From an uncultured Prevotella sp. (lineage in GTDB: Bacteria; Bacteroidota; Bacteroidia; Bacteroidales; Bacteroidaceae): a stretch of DNA of 52,729 nucleotides. The notes under the pieces are model-generated. The model made no database searches and was not told the origin of the DNA. It saw only the letters and a list, made by a program, of their open reading frames with translations. The stretch covers positions 1 to 52,729 of the forward strand of contig CAMNIA010000001.1 in assembly GCA_946540105.1 (NCBI GenBank), in the 5' to 3' direction. The position numbers were made by a program, and so were the translations under genes. Shown piece by piece: positions 29,636 to 37,254 of this stretch (positions within the stretch are counted from its first letter, which is position 1; every line of letters begins with the position of its first letter).

Positions 29636-29926
29636 ATGAAAATTATGAAAAAAACTATGAAGTTTGCAGCCGTAGCTGTTGTTGCTGCTGCTATGTGTGT
29701 AAGTTGTTCGTCAACGCGTCCAATTGCAGCCACATCGAACCCTGTGGGCAACAAGTGCGGTGAAGCAACCAGTAAAACTATTTTGGGCTTTGGCGGAAAT
29801 AGCAACATGGGCATCAACGCTGCTGCCAAGAACGGCGGTATCACCAAAATTTCCCATGTTGACTATTATACCTATTCTTTCCTTGGCCTCTATACGAAGA
29901 AAACCATTCGCGTGTACGGAGAGTAA
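29636..29926 (+). CDS. TRL-like small lipoprotein (start may be 29645 or 29657)
   Basis: Lipobox CVSC; K.GEA....ILG, I.AAAKNGGITKISHVD, T.VYGE pattern. Confidence 0.8.
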   Translation: MKIMKKTMKFAAVAVVAAAMCVSCSSTRPIAATSNPVGNKCGEATSKTILGFGGNSNMGINAAAKNGGITKISHVDYYTYSFLGLYTKKTIRVYGE

Positions 29927-29950
29927 ACCCAAAATTTGAATCTTGAACTC

Positions 29951-29987
29951 CTATGGATTGTATGCTTGCCATACAGTCCATAGTTTT
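29951..29987 (+). terminator. Terminator/attenuator-like hairpin after the TRL gene
   Basis: CTATGGATTGTATG/CATACAGTCCATAG 14-bp stem (one U-G pair) then TTTT. Confidence 0.6.
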
Positions 29988-30004
29988 AACTATTTCTGAC
30001 AACG

Positions 30005-30514
30005 ATGAAAAGAATACTCTTCTGCCTTTTGCTAGTTGCTGCATGTCTGAACTGTTCTGCCCAATCAATAGAAAAACGTTATTCCAGTACCATAACCAAT
30101 CAGGGCACAATTCATTTCTTTCGTCCAAAGAAGCTAGGAAAGGTTGACAACATGGATTCTTTTTCTTTCGACATGACATACCTTGCTGGGCGTGACTCGC
30201 TGACGCTCAACTGCTCAATAGCATTGACCAGTGAGGCAATGGTAAACACCTTAGCAATGAAGAGCGAAAGAATGACGGTTGAAGGTCACCAACTTCACAT
30301 GCTCTTTAGAGATGTGACAAAAAAAGGATATGTCTTAAGAGTATCATCAGTCTTCGCCTACAAGGATATCAAAGCGCTTTTCGCAAAAACAACCCCACTG
30401 GTCTTTCAAGTCACATTGTCGAATGGTCAAACATGCACGGCAACATACAAAGACTCACAGTGGAAGCAAGAAAGCGAGCAGGTTACGCGGATTTTCAACT
30501 CCTTTATATATTAA
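30005..30514 (+). CDS. Hypothetical secreted protein
   Basis: 169 aa with Sec signal (MKRILF...SAQ); no family recognised. Confidence 0.75.
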   Translation: MKRILFCLLLVAACLNCSAQSIEKRYSSTITNQGTIHFFRPKKLGKVDNMDSFSFDMTYLAGRDSLTLNCSIALTSEAMVNTLAMKSERMTVEGHQLHMLFRDVTKKGYVLRVSSVFAYKDIKALFAKTTPLVFQVTLSNGQTCTATYKDSQWKQESEQVTRIFNSFIY

Positions 30515-30517
30515 GTT

Positions 30518-31705
30518 ATGAAGCACATTGGCAAAATTCTTGTTATAGCGTCTTTCCTTCTTGTGAACTCCCTGATAGTCTCTGGTGCCAAACTGGTCAA
30601 AGTAAAACTGACGGGGACATTCAAAGAAGATATGGAAATGAAGGTAGGTAACTCCGGAAGAACGGAAGTAATTTCCAGTCTGCCTTACGTCTTCCAAATA
30701 TCAAAAGAAGAACTACCAGTAAGGTTGCAATTCTATTCTCCCAACTATCAATACCTGGACATCACCATTCCAGTGGAGCCGGTTGACGAGATTGGACACA
30801 TCTATTTGGTAAAACAAGCCGAAGGACAGCATGCTCCTGTTTACTATGCTAACGCCCAGCCTCAAGCACCAGCTGCCAGCACACCCAAGAAGAAAGTCGT
30901 CAAAGGTATCGACTTTAACCATGGTGTCAACAAAGCTCCGTACACGGGAAAGAAATCTGAAAAGACATTTGCACTGATTATAGCGAACGAAAACTACGAG
31001 ATGGCAGGCAATGTAGATATGGCGACCAACGACGGACTTGCTGTCAAGGAATATCTCACCAAAACCTACGGGTTGAGTGAAAATCAGATTTTCTACTATC
31101 CCGATGCCACCTACGGCAAGATAGCAAAAGCGCTGCGCGACATCAAAGCAGTGGCCGATGCTTATCATGGCGACATCAACCTCATCTTCTACTATGCTGG
31201 CCACGGAATTCCTGACAACGCTACCAAAGATGCATTTATCATGCCTGTCGATGCTGACGGCACTGACACCAATGTCTGTTATTCTCTGACGAGGATATAC
31301 GACCAACTAGAAGCCATGAAACTGAAGCAGTGTGTCGTCCTCTTAGATGCTTGCTTCAGCGGTGCACAGCGCAATGGTGCTATGATTGTCGAGGCACGTG
31401 GCGTAGCCATCAAGCCCAAACCAGCTGAACCTAATGGTGCTACTGTCGTTATCAGCGCTACCTCTGGTGAGGAGACCGCTTTCTCATATAAAGAGAAGAA
31501 GCATGGACTCTTTACTTATTTCTTGCTCAAATACCTTCAAGAGAACAAGAACAAAGTTACGTTGGGGGGCTTGGCAGACTACATATCTACTCAAGTAAGT
31601 CAGCAGTCGGTTCTCGTTAACGGAAAGAAACAGACACCCTCCGTCTTTATTGCTGACGACATTGTTGACGACTGGCGTGAACGGAAATTTATAGACTCCA
31701 AGTAA
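30518..31705 (+). CDS. Secreted caspase-family (peptidase C14) protein
   Basis: FALIIANENY, YYAGHG (His), LDACFSG (Cys), HGLFTYFLL, QTP; N-terminal signal peptide. Confidence 0.88.
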   Translation: MKHIGKILVIASFLLVNSLIVSGAKLVKVKLTGTFKEDMEMKVGNSGRTEVISSLPYVFQISKEELPVRLQFYSPNYQYLDITIPVEPVDEIGHIYLVKQAEGQHAPVYYANAQPQAPAASTPKKKVVKGIDFNHGVNKAPYTGKKSEKTFALIIANENYEMAGNVDMATNDGLAVKEYLTKTYGLSENQIFYYPDATYGKIAKALRDIKAVADAYHGDINLIFYYAGHGIPDNATKDAFIMPVDADGTDTNVCYSLTRIYDQLEAMKLKQCVVLLDACFSGAQRNGAMIVEARGVAIKPKPAEPNGATVVISATSGEETAFSYKEKKHGLFTYFLLKYLQENKNKVTLGGLADYISTQVSQQSVLVNGKKQTPSVFIADDIVDDWRERKFIDSK

Positions 31706-31747
31706 AGGCGTGGGAGTGCTTCATTAACAATTTGTAACTTAAAATCA

Positions 31748-31797
31748 AAAATATTCCGCAATTCTCTTGGATTATTGCGGAATATTTTCTACTTTTG
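31748..31797 (+). promoter_or_regulatory. 15-bp perfect inverted repeat abutting the gdh -7 element (TACTTTTG at 31790-31797)
   Basis: AAAATATTCCGCAAT-11 nt-ATTGCGGAATATTTT. Confidence 0.7.
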
Positions 31798-31875
31798 CCT
31801 TGTCTTAATGACACTGTGCCAAAAGCATAGCATTTAAAACCTTATATAACAAACTATAAATACTTAATAAAAACT

Positions 31876-33213
31876 ATGAACGTTGAGAAAATTATGCAAA
31901 GCTTGGAGCAGAAGCATCCTGGCGAAGTAGAATTCCTTCAGGCCGTACGTGAAGTGCTTGAATCCATCAAAGACGTCTATAATCAACATCCTGAATTTGA
32001 GAAAGCCAAGATTGTCGAGCGCATCGTAGAACCCGAGCGCATCATCACTTTCCGTGTACCCTGGGTTGACGACAAAGGTGAGGTACAGGTAAACATCGGT
32101 TATCGCGTGCAGTTCAATAGCGCCATCGGTCCCTACAAAGGCGGATTGCGCTTCCACTCATCAGTCAATCTCAGCATCTTGAAGTTCCTGGGTTTCGAGC
32201 AGACCTTCAAGAACGCGCTGACCACGCTGCCTATGGGTGGCGGCAAGGGCGGTTCAGACTTCTCGCCGCGCGGCAAGAGTGATGCCGAAATCATGCGTTT
32301 CTGTCAGGCTTTCATGTGGGAGCTCTACAAGGTGATAGGTCCGGATATGGACGTTCCTGCTGGCGACATAGGCGTGGGTGCAAGGGAGATAGGATATCTG
32401 TTTGGAATGTACAAGAAGCTCACGTCCGAGTTCCACGGAGCGACGCTGACAGGAAAAGGCATGGAATGGGGTGGTTCGATACTGCGCCCTGAGGCCACAG
32501 GCTATGGTGCCCTGTACTTTGTCAACCACATGATGCAGTCTCACGGTTTGGACATCAAAGGTAAGACGGTGGCGCTGTCAGGCTTCGGCAACGTGGCGTG
32601 GGGTGCTGCCAAGAAAGCTACCGAGCTGGGTGCCAAGGTCATCACCATCAGTGGTCCCGACGGTTACATCTACGACCCTGCCGGACTCGATGACGAGAAG
32701 ATAGAATACCTGCTGGAGCTGCGTGCGTCGGGCAACGATGTCTGTCAGCCCTATGCCGACGAGTTCCCTGGCAGCCAGTTCTTTGCCGACAAGAAGCCAT
32801 GGGAGCAGAAGGCCGACATCTATCTGCCTTGCGCTACCCAGAACGAGTTGAATGGCACCGATGCCGATATGATATTGGCTCATAAGCCCCTGTGTGTTGC
32901 CGAGGTGTCGAACATGGGTTGCACTGCCGAAGCCGTCAACAAGTTCATTGCTGCCCAGCAGCTGTTTGCTCCTGGCAAGGCTGTCAATGCCGGTGGCGTG
33001 GCAACCAGCGGTCTGGAGATGACACAGAACTCCATGCGCATGGGTTGGACAGCCGACGAAGTCGACAAGCGCTTGCACCACATCATGGCAGGCATCCACG
33101 AGCAGTGCGTCAAGTACGGCAAGGAAGGTCAATACACCAACTACGTCAAAGGCGCCAATGTCGCCGGCTTCATGAAAGTTGCCAAAGCCATGCTGGCACA
33201 AGGCATAGTATGA
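31876..33213 (+). CDS. gdhB: Glutamate dehydrogenase (N-terminus resembles the NAD-type GdhB of Bacteroides)
   Basis: GPYKGGLRFH, GGGKGG, DVPAGDIGVG, RPEATG, GFGNVA motifs; the family is certain, the paralogue assignment less so. Confidence 0.85.
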   Translation: MNVEKIMQSLEQKHPGEVEFLQAVREVLESIKDVYNQHPEFEKAKIVERIVEPERIITFRVPWVDDKGEVQVNIGYRVQFNSAIGPYKGGLRFHSSVNLSILKFLGFEQTFKNALTTLPMGGGKGGSDFSPRGKSDAEIMRFCQAFMWELYKVIGPDMDVPAGDIGVGAREIGYLFGMYKKLTSEFHGATLTGKGMEWGGSILRPEATGYGALYFVNHMMQSHGLDIKGKTVALSGFGNVAWGAAKKATELGAKVITISGPDGYIYDPAGLDDEKIEYLLELRASGNDVCQPYADEFPGSQFFADKKPWEQKADIYLPCATQNELNGTDADMILAHKPLCVAEVSNMGCTAEAVNKFIAAQQLFAPGKAVNAGGVATSGLEMTQNSMRMGWTADEVDKRLHHIMAGIHEQCVKYGKEGQYTNYVKGANVAGFMKVAKAMLAQGIV

Positions 33214-33232
33214 ACGTAACAACAAGTGATAA

Positions 33233-33790
33233 GTGGTAACCGATAAGTTAGCAAAGCGACTCCTAAGGAGGAAGTGGTGGCTGATACTTCTGTCACTGCT
33301 CCTGACTTGTCAGCTATCACTTATCACTTCCTACGCACAGAAGCCACAGCAGGGAAAGGCCTCCTTCTACGCTAAGAGTCTCCACGGACGCCGCACCGCC
33401 AGTGGCGAACGGCTGCACCCCGACAGTCTGACGTGTGCCCATCGCAGCTATCCCTTCGGCACCATGCTTCAGGTTTACAACCCTGCCAACGGCCGTCGTG
33501 TCATTGTCCGTGTCACCGACCGCGGTCCTTTTGTTCGCGGAAGAATCATCGACCTCTCCTGGAGGGCGGCAAAAGAACTCGACATCATCTCTTCGGGAGT
33601 CGCCATGGTCGTCGTTCAGAAAGTCGATCATTTCATCGTACCTTTCCTGCCTACCGACGAAATCGACATTCCCGATTTGGAGTTGCAGACAAGCCAAGGT
33701 CCTCCTCCCATGACACCCTATTGGCGTGACATGAAGGAAGACCAGCACGAATACAACACATCAGTTACCACTTCTAATAAGAAGGAGTGA
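33233..33790 (+). CDS. rlpA: RlpA-family lytic transglycosylase (DPBB domain), GTG start uncertain
   Basis: GKASFY, G.RTASGE, TCAHR.YPFGT, DRGPF..GRIIDLS..AA. Confidence 0.9.
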   Translation: MVTDKLAKRLLRRKWWLILLSLLLTCQLSLITSYAQKPQQGKASFYAKSLHGRRTASGERLHPDSLTCAHRSYPFGTMLQVYNPANGRRVIVRVTDRGPFVRGRIIDLSWRAAKELDIISSGVAMVVVQKVDHFIVPFLPTDEIDIPDLELQTSQGPPPMTPYWRDMKEDQHEYNTSVTTSNKKE

Positions 33791-35858
33791 CAGCCCTTCT
33801 GTATTTCTCCAGTCCTTTCTTCAGGAATTCCACATACCCCTCCACATCCTCGTCGTACGCTCTGCTGCCTGCCAGCGGTTTGCCGTAATTATCCAGCAAG
33901 ACGTAGAAGGGTTGCGCGTTGGCACCGAACTTCACCCGCTGCAGATAGCTCCACTTGTCGCCAACGGTACGCAGCGTGCGCTGCTGTCCGTTTTCCGTCA
34001 CCTCGATGGGTTCACTGAGCGGCGTCTTGTCGTCGACATAGAGCGAAATCAGCACATAGTCCTTGTTCAACAGGTCTGCAACGTGAGCGTCAGTCCATAC
34101 TGCCGCTTCCATCTTGCGACAATTGACGCAACCGAAACCCGTAAAGTCAATCATCACGGGCTTGCCTTCAGCCTTCGCTGCCGCCATGCCCTGTTCGTAG
34201 TTGGTGAAACGCGCCTCCGTGCTGGTGTGCTGCAGCTGGAAGTCCTGTGTGTACATCGGCGGTGCGAAGGCAGAAATGGCTTTCAGCGGAGCGCCCCACA
34301 AGCCCGGAATCATATAGAGCGTGAAAGCCAACGAGCACATGCCCAAGAACAATTGCGGCACCGAGGTGCGCACGACGCCGTCAGCTGGCACGTCGTCGTG
34401 AGGCATGCGCAGCCACCCTAAGAGGTACGCACCCAGCAGTCCGAAGATGACGATCCACAACGACAGGAATACCTCCCTGTCCAGGATGTGCCATCCGTAA
34501 GCCAAATCAGCCACCGAGAGGAACTTCAAGGCAAAAGCCAGTTCGATAAAAGCCAGCGACACCTTCACCGTATTCATCCACCCGCCCGATTTCGGAGCAG
34601 CCTTCAGCAGCGACGGGAACATTGCAAAGAGCGCAAAGGGAATGGCCAGCGCCACTGCGAATCCCAACATTCCGACGGTGGGTGCTACTATGCTTCCCTG
34701 CATGGAGACAGCCACGAGCAGGAATCCTATCAGCGGACCCGTACACGAGAAGGACACCAACACCAACGTGAAAGCCATCAGGAAGATTGACAGGTACGAG
34801 GTGAGTGCCGAGTGCCGAGTCGTCAGCTGGTCGGCTTTCGCATCTATGCTGGTCGACCACGATGAAGGCAGTGACAGTTCAAAGGCGCCAAAGAAGGAGG
34901 CGGCAAACACTACCAGCAGCAGGAAGAAGAACACGTTGAAGACAGCATTTGTTGCCATCGCGTTCAGTGCACTGGCACCGAAGAGCAGCGTCACCGCCAA
35001 CCCTAACCCGACGTAGATAACCACAATGGAAACACCGTAAACCAGTGCTTCGCGAATCGCTTTCGACCGCTTCTGGTTACGCTTCAGGAAGAAGCTGACA
35101 GTCATGGGGATGACAGGCCAGACGCAAGGTGTCAGCAGCGCCAAGAACCCGCCAAAAAGTCCCACCAGCAGGATGTACAGCAGCGAGTGGTCGGCAACGT
35201 TCTCCTTGTCGTCACTCAAGGCGTGCAGGTCTTTGATGACAGGCTGCCACAGCCCGTCCGTTCCCAGCGCGACAGCAGCTGCCATCGTCAGCGTGTCAGC
35301 CCCTGTTTCTGCGCTACTTTCGGGCGTCAGGCTGTTGTCATTATCAAGCCCCTGATTTGTCGCCGTCATTTCAGGGGTTTGTTCGCGGTTAGCCCCTGAT
35401 TTGTCGGCCGCTTGCCCCGTCTTGTTGAAAACGACCTGGGAAGGGGGCAGACACATCTCGTCGTTACATGCGCCATACTCCAGGTAACAGTCAATGGCAT
35501 AGTGCGGTTTGGTGAAGCGAATGCGCTGCACGAAGGTAGCCCGTTGTTCAAAGAAGCGCAACTCCATGCCAAACATTTGGTCGTATTGCTTCAGCTCCTT
35601 GCCACGTGCCTTGAGCGGACCCACCAGTTTGACGCCGTCCAACTTTTCAGCATGAAACGAAGCCGAGACCGGTCCGTCGCTGCCCAACGCCGTTGAGTAG
35701 ACATGCCATCCCTTGTCGATTGTCGCACTGAAGATGATTTCCGCCTCACCCTTAGCACCCTCCTTCAGCTCGGTAGTGAAATGCACAGGCTCCACCATCT
35801 GTGCCTGTACGACTATCGAGACCACCGCTATCAATATGGAAAAAACAATTCTTTTCAT
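33774..35858 (-). CDS. dsbD: Thiol:disulfide interchange protein DsbD
   Basis: N-terminal C...MC (GACNDEMC), TPCVWP and SFSCTGP TM cysteines, thioredoxin CVNC. Confidence 0.93.
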   Translation of the reverse strand: MKRIVFSILIAVVSIVVQAQMVEPVHFTTELKEGAKGEAEIIFSATIDKGWHVYSTALGSDGPVSASFHAEKLDGVKLVGPLKARGKELKQYDQMFGMELRFFEQRATFVQRIRFTKPHYAIDCYLEYGACNDEMCLPPSQVVFNKTGQAADKSGANREQTPEMTATNQGLDNDNSLTPESSAETGADTLTMAAAVALGTDGLWQPVIKDLHALSDDKENVADHSLLYILLVGLFGGFLALLTPCVWPVIPMTVSFFLKRNQKRSKAIREALVYGVSIVVIYVGLGLAVTLLFGASALNAMATNAVFNVFFFLLLVVFAASFFGAFELSLPSSWSTSIDAKADQLTTRHSALTSYLSIFLMAFTLVLVSFSCTGPLIGFLLVAVSMQGSIVAPTVGMLGFAVALAIPFALFAMFPSLLKAAPKSGGWMNTVKVSLAFIELAFALKFLSVADLAYGWHILDREVFLSLWIVIFGLLGAYLLGWLRMPHDDVPADGVVRTSVPQLFLGMCSLAFTLYMIPGLWGAPLKAISAFAPPMYTQDFQLQHTSTEARFTNYEQGMAAAKAEGKPVMIDFTGFGCVNCRKMEAAVWTDAHVADLLNKDYVLISLYVDDKTPLSEPIEVTENGQQRTLRTVGDKWSYLQRVKFGANAQPFYVLLDNYGKPLAGSRAYDEDVEGYVEFLKKGLEKYRRAVTPSY

Positions 35859-35863
35859 CCCTG

Positions 35864-35871
35864 CAAAGTTA
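35864..35871 (-). promoter_or_regulatory. -7 element (TAACTTTG) 5 nt before the dsbD ATG
   Basis: Minus strand TAACTTTG-CAGGG-ATG. Confidence 0.7.
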
Positions 35872-35999
35872 CTAATAAGCTAGCACAAAGCAAAATAAAA
35901 AGCAAGAAATTGTCAGGCGGAGTTAGCAAAGAAAGGCTTTTTCATATAAAATAACACATATTTTCTGCTATTCTGACTCCCTAATTCATAAATATTTCG

Positions 36000-36007
36000 T
36001 AACTTTG
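36000..36007 (+). promoter_or_regulatory. -7 element (TAACTTTG) for mdh
   Basis: Exact TAnnTTTG+CA upstream of ATG 36047. Confidence 0.75.
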
Positions 36008-36046
36008 CAGTCAAATAAACAAATACATATCAAAATTGAAATCAGT

Positions 36047-37039
36047 ATGGCATTTTTAACTAATGAAAAACTAACCATCGTCGGCGCTGCCGGTATGATT
36101 GGTTCCAACATGGCACAAACAGCCCTGATGATGGGTTTGACGAGTGAAATCTGTCTCTATGACGTCTTTTCTCCCGAAGGTGTAGCAGAAGAGATGCGCC
36201 AAAGTGGCTTTGACAATGTGAACATCATCGCTACCACTCATGCCGAAGAGGCTTTCCGCGGTGCTAAGTACATCATCTCGTCAGGCGGTGCTCCCCGTAA
36301 GGCTGGAATGACGCGCGAGGATCTGCTGGCCGGCAACTGCAAGATTGCTGAGGAGTTGGGTCAGAACATTAAGAAATATTGCCCCGATGTCAAGCACGTC
36401 GTCATCATCTTCAACCCTGCCGACCTCACCGGTCTGGTGACGCTGCTCTACTCTGGTTTGAAGCCCGGTCAGGTAACGACACTGGCAGGTCTGGACACCA
36501 CGCGTCTGCAGTCGGCACTGGCAAAGAAGTTTGGTGTGATGCAGAACGAGATTGAAGGCTGTGCCACCTACGGTGGTCACGGCGAGCAGATGGCAGTCTT
36601 TGGCAGTCACGTCACCATCAAGGGTCGCAAGCTGATGGACATCATCGGCACGCCCGAATTCCCCGCCGAGGAGTGGGAGGACATGAAGACCGCCGTCACC
36701 AAGGGTGGTGCTAAGATTATCGAGTTGCGCGGACGCAGTTCGTTCCAGAGCCCCTCGTACCTCTCCGTCGAGATGATACGTGCCGCCATGGGCGGTGAGG
36801 CTTTCCGCTTCCCCGTCGGCACTTATGTCAAGACCGACAAGTACGATCATATCATGATGGCAATGAAGACCACGATGGACAAGGACGGTGCACACTTCGA
36901 GGTTCCTCAGGGTACTGCCGAGGAGAATGCGAAGCTCGACCAGAGCTACGAGCACCTCTGCAAGATGCGCGACGAACTGGTGACGCTGAATATCGTTCCC
37001 CCCATTGCTGAGTGGAGCAAGATTAACCCGAACCTGTAA
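36047..37039 (+). CDS. mdh: Malate dehydrogenase (LDH/MDH family)
   Basis: GAAGMIG, PRKAGMTREDL, NPAD, LDTTR, GGHGE motifs; start trimmed to MAFLTNEK. Confidence 0.92.
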   Translation: MAFLTNEKLTIVGAAGMIGSNMAQTALMMGLTSEICLYDVFSPEGVAEEMRQSGFDNVNIIATTHAEEAFRGAKYIISSGGAPRKAGMTREDLLAGNCKIAEELGQNIKKYCPDVKHVVIIFNPADLTGLVTLLYSGLKPGQVTTLAGLDTTRLQSALAKKFGVMQNEIEGCATYGGHGEQMAVFGSHVTIKGRKLMDIIGTPEFPAEEWEDMKTAVTKGGAKIIELRGRSSFQSPSYLSVEMIRAAMGGEAFRFPVGTYVKTDKYDHIMMAMKTTMDKDGAHFEVPQGTAEENAKLDQSYEHLCKMRDELVTLNIVPPIAEWSKINPNL

Positions 37040-37084
37040 GTCACAGAGACACTATAGCGTGAAGAACCTGCGGGTTCGTGATAA

Positions 37085-37127
37085 AAAACGGGGCGTTCGC
37101 TGAAAGTTTTTGCGAGCGTCCCGTTTT
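37085..37127 (+). terminator. Hairpin after mdh (terminator overlapping the next promoter)
   Basis: AAAACGGGGCGTTCGC/GCGAGCGTCCCGTTTT stem with G-U pairs. Confidence 0.65.
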
Positions 37128-37132
37128 CATTG

Positions 37133-37140
37133 TACCTTTG
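37133..37140 (+). promoter_or_regulatory. Orphan -7 element (TACCTTTG) with upstream TTTG
   Basis: Consensus promoter with no plus-strand CDS downstream. Confidence 0.75.
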
Positions 37141-37144
37141 CATC

Positions 37145-37242
37145 AGAATTCAAGGAAAGAATTCTTTAAAGCAATAGGTTAGTAGTTTTTTCATAGTAAT
37201 TGGATTGTTAGCTCGTCGGGATGACGAGCTTTTTCCGTTTTT
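37145..37242 (+). ncRNA. Candidate trans-acting small RNA (~95-100 nt)
   Basis: Promoter, 5' hairpin AGAATTC/GAATTCT, U-rich single-stranded core, terminator AGCTCGTC/GACGAGCT+TTTT. Confidence 0.7.
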
Positions 37243-37254
37243 AGAGCTGTCACG

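Noticed and set aside
33774..33790. Convergent gene overlaps (rlpA/dsbD, porT/nucleotidase, GT4/HhH)
   Set aside because: Short 4-17-nt tail-to-tail overlaps are common in compact genomes
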